From Thermoanaerobaculia bacterium (lineage in GTDB: Bacteria; Acidobacteriota; Thermoanaerobaculia; UBA5066), in assembly GCA_963816185.1 (NCBI GenBank), contig CAWFJJ010000028.1, forward strand, positions 448,001-512,000: 64,000 nt of DNA, read 5' to 3'. Position numbers and translations under genes: made by a program. How positions within the stretch are numbered: position 1 is the stretch's first letter; every line of letters starts with the position of its first letter. This document shows positions 39,401-50,003 of this stretch, in pieces. The notes below the pieces were generated by a model that made no database searches, was not told the origin of the DNA, and saw only the letters and a list, made by a program, of their open reading frames with translations.

Positions 39401-40037
39401 GCGCGTCGTTCGTCGCGACCGGCGGAATACCGGTTTCCGAGGAAAGCCGCAGCAGGTCCGGCAGGATCTGCCGCTGCTCGGGGAGGCCGTGATCCATGAT
39501 CTCGATGAAGTAGCGATCCTTGCCGAAGAGGTCGCGATACCTGAGGGCCGTCTTCTTCGCGCCCTCGTAATCACCCATCCGGAGTCGCTTCGAGACCTCC
39601 GAGTTCAGGCACCCCGAGAGCGCGATGATTCCCTCGTGATACCTCTCGAGAAGCTCCCAGTCCATACGCGGCTTGTAATAGAAGCCTGTGAGGAACGCCT
39701 CGGACACGAGCCGCGTCAGGTTCCGATAGCCGTCCGGCGTCTCGACGAGCAGCGTCAGGTGATAGTTGTTCCCTTCGCCGTCGAACGTCCTCACGTTTTC
39801 GCGGTCGAAGCGCGATCCGGGGGCGATGTACGCCTCGACTCCGACGATGGGTTTGACTCCCGCCTCGAGCGCGGAGCTCTGGAGCTCGTACGCCCCGAAC
39901 ATGTTCCCGTGGTCCGTGACCGCCACGGCGTCCATCCCGGACGCTTTCACCTGCCTGATCAGGTCCTTGAGCCGGTTCGCGCCGTCGAGGAGGGAGTACT
40001 GGGTGTGGAGGTGAAGGTGGACGAAGTCGCCGGGCAT
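36492..40037 (-). CDS. dnaE: DNA polymerase III alpha subunit
   Basis: HLHLHTQYSLLDG, TDHGN, GPGRGSAAGS, SMPDIDVD, YGFNKSH, OB fold. Confidence 0.97.
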   Translation of the reverse strand: MPGDFVHLHLHTQYSLLDGANRLKDLIRQVKASGMDAVAVTDHGNMFGAYELQSSALEAGVKPIVGVEAYIAPGSRFDRENVRTFDGEGNNYHLTLLVETPDGYRNLTRLVSEAFLTGFYYKPRMDWELLERYHEGIIALSGCLNSEVSKRLRMGDYEGAKKTALRYRDLFGKDRYFIEIMDHGLPEQRQILPDLLRLSSETGIPPVATNDAHYLTRDDAAAQDVLLCIGMGKTLNDTKRMKFYNSEFYVKNPEEMSDVFRPLTLEAVKNTAAIAERVTPSVILDTGLKIPTFPVPGGDRTPEAYLEDLAKEGLDRRLEPQRAAFESGTAKKSRHEYDERLAWELSVIRKMGLSSYFLIVWDFIKYAKDEGIPVGPGRGSAAGSLVAYALAITDVDPLAYDLLFERFLNPDRISMPDIDVDLCERRRGEVIEYVRGKYGRENVGQIITFNSMKARAVIRDVGRVLDVPLAEVNRLCSLIPANPGKPTMLAEARRDVKELAEALRGNETYRRLFDLGERLEGVSRHAGVHAAGILIAPKPLVEYLPLYRNSNDEITTQFEMKSVDRMGLLKMDFLGLITLTILDDALRFVAKKTGKRPDLSTIPLDDPEVYRLFADGRTDGVFQFESSGMRDLLRRVRPEVFDDLAALNALYRPGALDAGTVEVYIQRRRGTKFEYPLPQLEPILKDTYGVLVYQEQVMLAARAVAGYSPGEADKLRKAIGKKDEALLKAEGDKFIKKAVANGTPKRKAEELWALILPFGRYGFNKSHSVVYALLAYRTAWMKVHHPVEFLAATLTANSGSSDDVVKYVNTCRDMKIPVLPPDVNASDLSFTPDGSAIRFGLGAVKGVGEGAVASVLAARAGDGPFKSMTDFCSRVDLRLNNRRVIEALIKSGCFDSLGKSRAAFLDGLDHAIDVAADAREAASSSQALLFDVPKETRVEDQFPDKPEWSVDEKIRYEKETLGFYITGHPLARFEDEIRMFGDVTCETLRERLDAQVKLVGLVGTVKKSQIKKGQNEGKMMAKAIVEDLTGSVPVTVFAGLLERVGSWLAPGRPVLVTGTVRLAMAPGGATHDPSENEAAGMPIEIIAREIQPLEGLKEQGAKEVLIVPPNFETFDEETLERILRRYPGSVPVSLEERRPGQFVARHKIRRDLWVRPTPEFTVSMETLLGPNSVRYSYAASS

Positions 40038-40083
40038 CCGGCCAGCGATTGTAGCGTCCGCGCGCGCGACCTCCCGGAAGTCT

Positions 40084-40308
40084 TCACGCGACTCCGTCTC
40101 GTCCGCGTGTCGGACCGAGCTGACGGAGAAGCAGAAAGGCGGCAGGGATCGTCGTCAGAACGCCGAAGGCCAGCAAGGCAGCCCCGAGCCGGTGCCGGTT
40201 GCGGGAGCGAAGCTTCTCGGCCACGAGGAGCCCGATCCCGGCGCCGAGAGCGGCGCGCGTCGCGACGATGAAACCAAACTGAGGAAGGGACAGGTCGAGC
40301 CTCTTCAC
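40084..40308 (-). CDS. Small hypothetical membrane protein
   Basis: GTG preceded by AGGAGG; two hydrophobic segments (TRAALGAGIGLL; GVLTTIP). Confidence 0.6.
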   Translation of the reverse strand: MKRLDLSLPQFGFIVATRAALGAGIGLLVAEKLRSRNRHRLGAALLAFGVLTTIPAAFLLLRQLGPTRGRDGVA

Positions 40309-40593
40309 GGCATCCTCCTGGCCGGACATATCCGAGCTGGCGCACCAGGAACGCGTCCTGCGGGCCTCATCTCGGCACCCTCGAGCAACGTGTGGCGAAC
40401 TGACTCAGGCGGCGATGGAGCATCTGCATCACGGCGGGAGAGACGCAAACTCGGGGCCGCCTGATCTCGGCGCTCCAGACGAGTTCCACCGAGCGTGTCG
40501 CCTCGTCTTGCCGCTCACGCGCCTGGCTCCTATATTGGTATTACGCGCCGCTCCACGTTACCCCCCGCGCGGCGGCGCGGGCGGAGGGATGAC

Positions 40594-43500
40594 ATGGAGC
40601 GCTCCGAGGCGGGCCTGCTCGAGAGGGCGGTCGAGGTGCCCTCCTCATTTGCCGACGCCCTTCGCGTTCTGCCCGCGGACGGCACCTCTTCTCCCGAGCC
40701 CGGCGCCGCCCTTGCTCTGGTCGCTGCGGCCGAGCGCGCCCTCGCCGGAGAGACCGTAGCGGCCGAAACGTGGCACCGGTACCTGGACGCAACCCGCCAC
40801 CGCGAGTTCCTGCTCGCGTTGCCCGACGCAGCCGCTCGCACACGTTGGGCCGAGTCCACCTTCGGCGCGATCCGGGCCTCCGGGTATTCACTGGCAACGC
40901 TCCTCTCCCAGCGCGTCGCCGCCCACCCGGACAGAGTTTTCCTCCAGGCATCCCCCCGCCCCGAAGCGCCGCGCTGGACATACGCCCAGATCGAGCGTCG
41001 CCTCCGAGGGATGGCAGCCGCCCTCGCCTCCCTCGGCGAAGGTCCGCCTCGCGTGGCGATCGTGGCGGAGAACAGCCTCGACTCCGCTTGCTGCGACCTC
41101 GCCTGCCTCGTCCATGGCATCTTCGTCGCGCCTCTCGCACCTCATCTTCACGGCTCGGAGCTGACGTCGCTCCTCCCGCGCCTCGGCGCCAACCTCGTCC
41201 TCGTCGACACGGCCGATCAGCTCGCGAAGGTGGAATCCGTCGCGGCGCGGCTCTCGAGCCCCGTTCGTCCCGTTCTCCTCGATGCGGCCGCCCGTCTGAA
41301 GCGCGGGACCGCCGCCGTTCTCGGCGAGGAGGTCGGGAAGATGGGAGGAGAGGAGACGGACGAAGCGCTCCGTGACCTCCGTCCTTTCGGCCTCGATGAG
41401 GAGGCGACGGTCCTTTTCACATCAGGAAGCACGGGAGCCCAGAAGGGATTCGCCTTTTCGCCCTTCAATCTGCTCACGAAACGGTTCGCGCGAGCCGCGG
41501 CTCTTCCATTCGTCGGCGAAGGGGAGGTGCTTCTCTGTTACCTGCCGCTCTACCACACGTTCGGACGGTATCTGGAGCTGCTCGGCACGCTCTTCTGGGG
41601 CGGAACGTACGTCTTCGCGGGGAACCCTTCTCTGGAAACGCTCCTGGTCGGCCTGCGCCAGGTACGCCCCACGGGGCTGGTCAGCATTCCCGCCAGATGG
41701 GAACAGCTTCACGAACGCTGCCGGAAGCGGCTGGGAGCCACGGCCGGGCCGGAGGAGGAGGCGTCGGCCGTGCGGGAAGTAACGGGCGGGCGCCTCTCCT
41801 GGGGGCTGTCGGCGGCCGGCTTTCTGGATCCCGCGGTCTTTCGCTTCTTCGAGCGCAGCGGCGTCGCTCTTTGCAGCGGCTTCGGCATGACGGAGGCCAC
41901 CGGAGGCATCACGATGACGCCGCCCGGTCTCTACGAGGACGGGACCGTCGGAGTCCCGCTCCCGGGGATCCGCGTGCGGTTGGGCGAGGACGGGGAGCTT
42001 CTCATCGCCGGCCCGTATGTCGCCCGCGACATCGACGAGCCGGACCACGGCCGGCGCCGGGGAGCGATGGATCGGAAGCGGCGACATCTTTCGCGTTCGG
42101 CCGAGCGGCTTCCTCGAGATCGTCGACCGCGTCAAGGACATCTACAAGAACAGCCGGGGCCAAACGGTGGCCCCGAGGCGCGTGGAGCAGCTCTTCGAAG
42201 GGGTTCCCGGCATCCGGCGGACGTTTCTCGCAGGCGACGGGCGCGACGACAACGTCCTGCTGATCGTGCCGGACCCGGAGGCTCCGCTCCTCGCCGAGCT
42301 CACCTCCGAGGAAGAACGGCAGGCCTACTTCGCGCGGATCGTGGCCGAGGCGAACCTGGACCTGGCGCCGCACGAACGTGTCGTCGGGTTCTCCATCCTC
42401 GACCGCGACTTCTCCCTGGAGCGGGGCGAGCTGACGCCGAAGCAAAGCTACAAGCGCAAAGCGATCGAGCAGAGCTTCCGGGAACTCCTCGCGTCGCTCT
42501 ATCGCGGCAATGCCGTGCAGCTCGAGGGCAGGGACCTGCAGGTCCGCGTGCCGCGTTGGCTGCATCGCGATCTCGGAATCCTGGAGGGAGACCTCGTCCT
42601 CGGAGAGGACGCTCTCGAAGATCGTCGGCGAGGTCTCACGCTGACCCTCCGCCGGACGGAGGGCACGAACACCGTTCGCGTCGGCGATCTGGAGTACTTC
42701 GTCCGGGGCAGCCTCCTCGACTTCGGTCTTCTCGCCCACCAGCCGCTCCTCTGGCTCGGCAACACATCACTGGCGGCCTTCTGTCCGGTGAAAGAGGGAT
42801 GGGACCTGCCGATCGGCGCCTTCTCGCTCCGCGTGCGGCTGCCGGCTTACGGACGCCCGCCTGCGGGTGTCGCCGTTCCCGGACGGATCTCGTCGCCGGA
42901 GCTCGCGACCTTTCACCAGACCATCTGCGATGCGCTCTTCGGAGGGCGCGAAGAGTCTTTGCGAGCCGTCGCCGATCTCGAGGAGCGGCTCTCGAACGCG
43001 GACGCGATGACGGCGGTGGCGCTGAGACGGCGGCTCGAGGCGCTGGCCCGCCACCCTTCGGCCGAGGTTCGGTGCGAGGCGTTCCGTATTCTCGTCCTCG
43101 ACGACCCGGCCCCAGGTACCGCGTCCGAAATGGAGAGCTTCCTCGACTCGGGACTTCCGTTCCTTTCGGCGGAGAGCGTCGAGAAGATCGCGCAAGCCGG
43201 CCTGCCGGGGGAAAGGCTGGCCGTTCTGCGCCGGCGGCTGCACGGTTATCGAACCGGTCTTCCGCGTCCTCTTCCGGCCCTGCAGGCGGACCTGCTTTCC
43301 GACGTCTTCAACCTTCTCGTGCGTCACATCCGCAGGCACCGCGAGGACTACGTCGCGGTTCGCTCCGAGCTGGCCCGCTGGGCTCTGGAAGAGACGGACT
43401 CCGTCGTGGCCCGCACGGCGGCACGGTTGCTGGACGAGCTTTCGGAGTGGTACCAGAGAGGCCTCCCGTCGCGCGCGTCGTTCAAGGCGTCGCTCGCGTT

Positions 43501-45187
43501 CCACGAAGGGCTCGTTTCCGGTGAGCGCGAGCGAATCGAGCGGCTTTTCGACGAGACGGGATTCCTGGAGGAGTCCCTGGAGCTGGCGTGCGGCGAGACC
43601 CTGACGCCGGACGATCTCAGCGCCGGCGGGATCTGGATCGCTCCTGTGGCCAAAGTGCGACAGCATCAGCTCTACCGCGCCGGCATCAACATGCGATCGG
43701 GCCGGCATCACGACCTGCTGCTGATCGTCGGCGACGACCTGGACCTCCAGGCGGTCCGCCAGACGAAGCTCTGGATGGAGGCTCTGGCCTGCCCGGCGCA
43801 GGGAGAGCCCGTGGTGCCCGTCTTCGGGTGCTTCCGCCCGACACTCGGAGCCCTATCCGTGGGCTGGATCGACGAGCCGACGCTTGCCATCCGGCTCTGG
43901 GAGCTGGCGCGACCCGAGCACGAAGGCGGACGAAGCGTGGCGGGATGGCGAACCCTTTTCGTGAGGGCCCTCGCGGCCTTCTTCTCGGCCTGGGAGGCGA
44001 GCGGGCGGCGGCTCGTGCCCGGCGCCGTCTCGCCCGCGAACGTCGTCGTGCCCGGAGACGATTTTCGCGAGGGGACCGTTCTCCTCTCGCTCGCCGGGCA
44101 CCGGCCTTACGAAGGGCCCTGGTCGCTCGTCGGCCCGATGGCCTGGAACTTCTTCGAGGAGACGTTCGCCCTCTACCCGCGGTCGAGCGCGACGCTCCGG
44201 CGTGGCTGGATCGCCGACGCCTGCGTGGAGGCGCTCGGGCTGGAAGGCGCACGCGAGTTCCTCGGAGATCTCCTGCGCACGCCGCCCAAGGACGCTCCGG
44301 AGGCTGCTCCCGACGCGCTCTTCGAGGAGCTGGCTGCCGAAAAGCAATGGCTCGATTCCGCGTTCCATCCGCCGCTGGCTCTTCTCTCGGCCGTCCAACG
44401 GTTCGCGGCGTGGGAGGCTCTCGAGCCCGAGGCCCCGCTCTCCGCCCGAGAGGCGATGGTCCGCGGGCTGGAGCGCGTCTACCGTCTGGACCGCTTTCCG
44501 GAGATCGTCCGCTACCACCTTCACCGGGAGACGACGTTCGCCCGGGCGGACCTCCCCGCGCGGGAGGCGTTCGACGCCCTTCTCATCGCGATGTTCCGAC
44601 GGCCGGGCGTCTGGCCCGCACAGATGGTCGAGCTGGCCGAAGTTCAGGCCTCGCTTCGAAGCGCCGAGGAGCGCCTCGCGTTCGGCCGTCTGGTCTTCCC
44701 CGACTCCGCTCCGGACAAGGACGTGGCGCTTGCGGCCGTGGGCGAGGGAGGTCGGCACCTCGTCGCCACGACCCACACGGTCGACCGCACCGGGGCACGT
44801 TATACCGTGAGAGATCCGCACGATCCGGCCGAGCTCGGGCGTCTGGTTCAGCTCCTGGTGAGATCCGGCGTTCCCCGCGCCTACTCCGAAGGCCACCGCC
44901 ATCTCGTGGCCCTGGACACGCAAGAGCGCGTCGTCGCAGGCGTCGCGTACTCCTTCCTCCCTGGCGCCGCGGCACAGCTCGACGGGGTCGCCGTCACCCC
45001 GGCGCTGCGAGGCCGAGGTCTGTCGTCCGCTCTTCTCAACGACCTCTGCGCGAGATTGAGCGGACTCGGCGTGAATGTTCTGACGCGGCACCTCGCGTTC
45101 CGCGACATCCCCCTGGGCCGCGCCTGGCTGTATGACAGGCGCTGGCGTTGCCTCGTCCGGCCGTGCCGGACGCTTCCGGAGGCATGA
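40594..45187 (+). CDS. Long-chain acyl-CoA ligase (AMP-binding) fused to an unknown middle region and a C-terminal GNAT domain; frameshift near 42050
   Basis: Frame A has FTSGSTGAQKG and GFGMTEA. Frame B continues with SGD, IVDRVKDIYKN and GELTPK, and ends with the acetyl-CoA motif VTPALRGRGLS. Confidence 0.75.
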
Positions 45188-45401
45188 GCGGGCGCGCTCG
45201 TGTGTCCCGGCACACGCGAGACACGGAGGAGACCGCCGGAGACACACGCCGAGACGTCTCGAGGTCTTGGCGCCGGGGCGGCGCGCGGGTTTCGCGGCCC
45301 GCCCGAGCGGAATGGGGCTTGCGTAGACCATGGTCCGGCGGACGAGAAAAGGAGAATGTCGGACGGTCACATACACTGGCCCGGCACGAACAATCCATTT
45401 C

Positions 45402-47957
45402 ATGAATCGCATTTCCCGAATCGCCTTCTCGAGCGTGCTCCTCGTCGCTTCGGCGAGAGCGCGGGCCCTGGATCCGTCAAAGTCCATCGCCCAATACGGG
45501 CTCGATGCGTGGGCCACGCGAGACGGGCTGCCGCAGAATTCGGTTGCGGCGCTCCTCCAGACCCGCAACGGTTATCTGTGGATGGGTACGGAGGAAGGGC
45601 TGGTGCGCTTCGACGGCGTGCGCTTCACGGTCTTCAGCACCCGCAACACGCCCGCGTTTCGCCAGAACAGGATCGAGGCGCTCGCGGAAGGCAGCGACGG
45701 GAGCCTCTGGATCGGAACGGTGGACGGCTTGCTCCGAAAACGCGGGGACGAATTCACGTCCTATGGCGTCGCCGACGGCCTGCCGAACGAGACGATCTTG
45801 GCGTTGCTCGCGGATCCGGACGGATCGCTATGGATCGGAACGCAGCGAGGCGGCCTCGCGTGCTGGAAGGACGAGCGCTTCGTTTCCGTTCTTTCCCGCG
45901 AGCAGGGACTGCCCAGCGACATGGTGACCGCGTTGGCGCGCTCGCGCGACGGCTCTCTCTGGGTGGGCACGGACGACGGGCTGGCGTGCGTACGAGAGGG
46001 CCGCATCGTCTCGCGGACGACGACGAGCGACGGACTGCCCGCGAACCGCGTGAACGACGTCGTGGAAGGACGCGACGGCGAGATCTGGGCGGCCACGTCG
46101 GGAGGCCTCGCCCTCCTTTCCCGAGGTCGCGTCACCGTCGTCACGAAGAGCAAGGAGTTCTCGAGCATCAATGCTCTGTGTCTGGACCGTGGCGGAACGC
46201 TCTGGACAGGCACGAGCCGAGGACTAAGCCGCGTTCGGGGCGGCGCCGTCCAACCGTTCGGCGGGGCCGGCGGACCTCCGCACGGAGTCGTCGTGGTCTG
46301 CCTTCTCGAGGATCACGAGGGAAACCTCTGGATCGGCACGGACGGCGACGGCTTGCTGCGACTGCGCGACGCCCCGATCGTCACGTACGGAAAACGCGAC
46401 GGCCTCACGAAGGATTACGTTTACGCCGTCCTCGAGGATCCTCACGGGATCGTCTGGGTCGGCACGCGCGGGGGCGGACTGGGACGACTTCGGGACGGGG
46501 ACGTGTCGGTGTTGACGACACGCGAGGGGCTTCCCCACGACGTGGTCTCGGCGCTGGCACAGGGGAGGGACGGCGCGCTCTGGGTCGGGACGGCCGGCGG
46601 CGGGATCGCGCGTCTGAAGGACGGACGCGTGAGGGTCTATGCGAAGAAAGACGGGCTCTCCTCGAATCTGATCCGTGTGCTTCTCGAGGATCGGCACGGC
46701 GCCCTCTGGATCGGGACCAGCGGCGGAGGGCTCGATCGGCTCGAGCAGGGGCGCGTCACGTCCTTCTCCGAGGCGGACGGCCTCGCGGGCGACACGGTCG
46801 TGGATCTCTGCGAGAGCCGTGACGGCTCGCTCTGGGTCGGGACGACGACCGGGATCTCGCGCTTTCAGGATGGAACCTTCACGTCGTTCGGCGAGAAGGA
46901 AGGCCTGTCCTACGCCGTCCGGGCGCTCAAGGCGGATCCCGACGGAACGCTCTGGATCGGAACGTCGGGCGGAGGCCTTTTCAGGATGCGCGGGGGGCGA
47001 CTCTCCTCGGTGACGGCGCGGCAGGGGCTCTACGACGACGTCGTGTTCGCGATCCTCGACGACGGCGCAGGCAACCTCTGGATGAGCTGCAACCGAGGCA
47101 TCTTCCGGGTCGCACGGCAGGAGCTCGAAGACTTCTTCGCCGGCAAGAGATCTGCCGTGACCTCCGCCGCGTACGGCGAGGCCGACGGCATGAAATCGGC
47201 CGAGTGCAACGGCGGCTTTCAACCGTCGGCCTGGAGAGGGCGTGACGGCCGGCTGTGGTTCGCGACGATTCGCGGCGTCGCCGTCGTCGATCCGAAAGCA
47301 ATCCGGGTCAACCGCGAGCCGCCTCCCGTGGTGCTCGAAAGAATCATCGTGGACGGCCGCAACCTCGGCGCCACGGCGGGACAGCCCTTCCCCCCGGGAA
47401 GCCGGTCGATCGAGCTCGATTACGCTGGTTTGTCTTTCGTCTCCTCCGAGAGGATGCGCTTCAAGTACCGCCTCGAAGGGGTCGACTCCGACTGGGTGGA
47501 TGCGGGCCAGCGCCGGACCGCGTATTACACGAAGCTGTCGCCTGGCCGGTACGTCTTCCGCGTGATCGCCAGCAACAGCGACGGAGTCTGGAACGAGACG
47601 GGAGCGTCGCTCCCTTTCTCGGTCCGACCGTTCTTCTGGCAGACGCTCTGGTTCTACGCACTCTGCGCGGCCTTCGTGCTGCTCGTGGCCGCCGCGGCCT
47701 TCCAGTTCCGCGTCCGCAGCCTGCGCCTGAGGGAAGAAGACCTGAAACGGCGCGTCGCCGAGGAGATCGCGCGCGTCCGCGTCCTGAGCGGACTCCTGCC
47801 CATTTGCGCCTGGTGCAAGAAGGTCCGCGACGACGCCGGGTATTGGAAGCAGATTGAGGCCTACATCCGCGATCACACGGAGGCACAGTTCACGCACGGC
47901 ATCTGCCCGGACTGTGAGAAGACTTTCCACCAGGAGCTCGGGACCGAGAAACCCTAG
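45402..47957 (+). CDS. Periplasmic beta-propeller (Reg_prop) + Y_Y_Y sensor with TM helix and short Cys4 cytoplasmic tail
   Basis: Many D.DG.LWIGT.GGL repeats, YTKLSPGRYVFRV, PFFWQT.WF TM segment, then LPICAWCKK...HGICPDC. Confidence 0.88.
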   Translation: MNRISRIAFSSVLLVASARARALDPSKSIAQYGLDAWATRDGLPQNSVAALLQTRNGYLWMGTEEGLVRFDGVRFTVFSTRNTPAFRQNRIEALAEGSDGSLWIGTVDGLLRKRGDEFTSYGVADGLPNETILALLADPDGSLWIGTQRGGLACWKDERFVSVLSREQGLPSDMVTALARSRDGSLWVGTDDGLACVREGRIVSRTTTSDGLPANRVNDVVEGRDGEIWAATSGGLALLSRGRVTVVTKSKEFSSINALCLDRGGTLWTGTSRGLSRVRGGAVQPFGGAGGPPHGVVVVCLLEDHEGNLWIGTDGDGLLRLRDAPIVTYGKRDGLTKDYVYAVLEDPHGIVWVGTRGGGLGRLRDGDVSVLTTREGLPHDVVSALAQGRDGALWVGTAGGGIARLKDGRVRVYAKKDGLSSNLIRVLLEDRHGALWIGTSGGGLDRLEQGRVTSFSEADGLAGDTVVDLCESRDGSLWVGTTTGISRFQDGTFTSFGEKEGLSYAVRALKADPDGTLWIGTSGGGLFRMRGGRLSSVTARQGLYDDVVFAILDDGAGNLWMSCNRGIFRVARQELEDFFAGKRSAVTSAAYGEADGMKSAECNGGFQPSAWRGRDGRLWFATIRGVAVVDPKAIRVNREPPPVVLERIIVDGRNLGATAGQPFPPGSRSIELDYAGLSFVSSERMRFKYRLEGVDSDWVDAGQRRTAYYTKLSPGRYVFRVIASNSDGVWNETGASLPFSVRPFFWQTLWFYALCAAFVLLVAAAAFQFRVRSLRLREEDLKRRVAEEIARVRVLSGLLPICAWCKKVRDDAGYWKQIEAYIRDHTEAQFTHGICPDCEKTFHQELGTEKP

Positions 47958-48075
47958 AGCGAGCCCCCTCAACGCGATGGACTTGTTCTATTCCTGCGCC
48001 GTCGATTCCTCGGGCCTCGGGGCAGGGGCCGCGGGAATCGTGGGCGTCCGGGTTGGAAGCGTTACACGGCCGGCC

Positions 48076-48090
48076 CGGCAGGCAGCTTGC
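48076..48090 (+). promoter_or_regulatory. Possible sigma-54 -24/-12 promoter
   Basis: CGGCAGGCAGCTTGC has correct GG-N10-GC spacing, 12 nt before the GTG at 48103. Confidence 0.4.
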
Positions 48091-48102
48091 GTGCGGCCAC
48101 GC

Positions 48103-48507
48103 GTGTCCAAGGCCCAGGATTGCGATGTGCTCGTCGTGGACGACGACCGGGCCCTCCGAGAGGGTCTCATCGAGCTTTTCCGGATGGAGGGAATCTCGGC
48201 CCGAGGAGCCGCGAACGGCCTCGAGGCGCTTTCGTTCCTGAGCAAGGGGCTCAGGCCTCGGGTGATCCTCCTCGATCTCGACATGCCGGCGCTTAACGGA
48301 TGGGGCGTCGTCGAGGGTCTCTCGCGCAACGCCGACTTCTCCGAGATCCCGCTCCTGATCATGTCGGGCATCGTGGCCGAGGAACGGGCTCCACTCCGGA
48401 AGGGTGACCTCGGGTTCTTCCGCAAGCCGCTCAACTTCGACGGCGTCCTGACCCGGATTCGTCCGGTTGTTTCGGGCGGGAACGGTCGCAGAAACCCGGC
48501 GTCGTGA
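48103..48507 (+). CDS. Single-domain response regulator (receiver)
   Basis: VLVVDDD, ILLDLDMP..NG, MSG, KP. Confidence 0.8.
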   Translation: MSKAQDCDVLVVDDDRALREGLIELFRMEGISARGAANGLEALSFLSKGLRPRVILLDLDMPALNGWGVVEGLSRNADFSEIPLLIMSGIVAEERAPLRKGDLGFFRKPLNFDGVLTRIRPVVSGGNGRRNPAS

Positions 48508-48515
48508 GCGGGTGA

Positions 48516-49928
48516 TCACCGGCCGCTGCGCCGCCCTCGCCTGATCGAGAAGAGCGCCGAGGTTGCCGCGAAAATGGCCGCTGCGGCATAGGTCCAGCGA
48601 AGCCCGGCGGAGAAGGCCGATGCGTCCGAGGGCCCGAGCTCCGGGACCTTGAGGACGTTCGCCGGAACGGCGGCATAAAGAACCGCCCCCGCGGCGGCGA
48701 CACCGAGGACCATCCCGACACTGCGCGAGGTGCCGAGGAGGCTCGACACGACGCCGAGGTGCTCGCGTGGCGCGGATCCCATCACCGCGCTGTTGTTCGG
48801 CGACTGGAAAGTCCCGGTCCCGACGCCGAACAGGGCGAGGCCGAGAACCACGGGCAGGGTCCCGCCGTCCTCCGGCCTCGCGGCGAACAGAAGGCAGGCC
48901 AACGCGCAAACGGAGCTGCCGCCTGCCGCGAGAGTCACGGTTCCGATCCGGTCCGACAGCGCGCCCGCGAAGGGCGCAACGGCGAAGACGGTGAGCGGGA
49001 AAGCCGTCAGGACGAGGCCGACGCGCGCCGGCCCCTCGTGAAGGACCCGGGAGAGAAAGAACGGCGTCACGAAGACGACGACGTACTGGGCCATGAAGTT
49101 CAGCACGGCGGCGAGACACCCGAGGCCGAGCGGGGCGCTCCGGAAGAGATGAAGGTCGAGGAGAGGTTGTGCCGCTCGGCGCTCGATCGCGACGAACGCG
49201 CTGCCGAGGAGAACGGCGGCGGCGAGAAGCGCGGCCGCGACGGCGTCGACCCCGTTTTGCTGGATGCGGTTGACGGAGAAGAGAAACATCGAGAGCGCGC
49301 CCAGGATGGTGAGCGCGCCCGGCGCGTCGATCCGCCCGGGCTCGCCCCGGAGGTTCGGCAGGACGCGCCGCGCGAACGCAAAGGCGGCGAGCCCGACCGG
49401 GAGGTTCACGAGAAAGACCGCGCGCCAGCCGAACGCCCCCGCGAGAAAGCCTCCGAGGCTGGGTCCCACGGCGAGGCCGACGGAGATGCTGCCGGCGAAG
49501 AGACCGATGACGCGCCCCCGGTCGGCAGCCGGATACGTCCCGGTCAGGATGGCGAGCGGGACCGACGAGATCATTCCGGCCGCAAGACCCTGCAAGCCCC
49601 GGAACCCCACGAGCGCGTGCAGGCTCGGGGCCGCCGCGCAGAGAGCCGATGCCGCCACGAAACCGAGCAGGCCGAGGAGAAACACGCGCCGGTAGCCCCA
49701 GAGATCCCCCAACCTCCCGAAGAAGAGAACGAGGCTTCCCGCGGTCACGAGGTAGAGCATCGGCACCCACTGCGCCTCCGCGAGGCTCGCGGAGAAGGAC
49801 TTTGCGATCCCGGGAAGGACGACGTTGACGATGCTCGCGTCGATCGGGCCGAGGATCGTGCCGAGCATGACGGCGGCGAGGATCTCGCGCCGACGGGACG
49901 GGTCGGGCTCGGCCATCTCGGGTTTCAC
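48516..49928 (-). CDS. MFS drug:H+ antiporter (DHA2-like)
   Basis: D.SIVNV.LP, GRLGDLWGYRR, WRAVFLVNLPVG, FQSPNNSAVMG. Confidence 0.88.
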   Translation of the reverse strand: MKPEMAEPDPSRRREILAAVMLGTILGPIDASIVNVVLPGIAKSFSASLAEAQWVPMLYLVTAGSLVLFFGRLGDLWGYRRVFLLGLLGFVAASALCAAAPSLHALVGFRGLQGLAAGMISSVPLAILTGTYPAADRGRVIGLFAGSISVGLAVGPSLGGFLAGAFGWRAVFLVNLPVGLAAFAFARRVLPNLRGEPGRIDAPGALTILGALSMFLFSVNRIQQNGVDAVAAALLAAAVLLGSAFVAIERRAAQPLLDLHLFRSAPLGLGCLAAVLNFMAQYVVVFVTPFFLSRVLHEGPARVGLVLTAFPLTVFAVAPFAGALSDRIGTVTLAAGGSSVCALACLLFAARPEDGGTLPVVLGLALFGVGTGTFQSPNNSAVMGSAPREHLGVVSSLLGTSRSVGMVLGVAAAGAVLYAAVPANVLKVPELGPSDASAFSAGLRWTYAAAAIFAATSALFSIRRGRRSGR

Positions 49929-50003
49929 GCAAATCCTCCGCCGGAGATCATCTCCGAGAATCGCGGCCCGCCGCGGACGAGACCTTCGCAGTCTCTTTTG
50001 GTC

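Noticed and set aside
36600-40271. Very long antisense and alternative-frame ORFs (e.g. 1223 aa opposite dnaE, and many others)
   Set aside because: Shadow ORFs expected in high-GC DNA; Arg/Pro-rich with no motifs, and they overlap well-supported genes.
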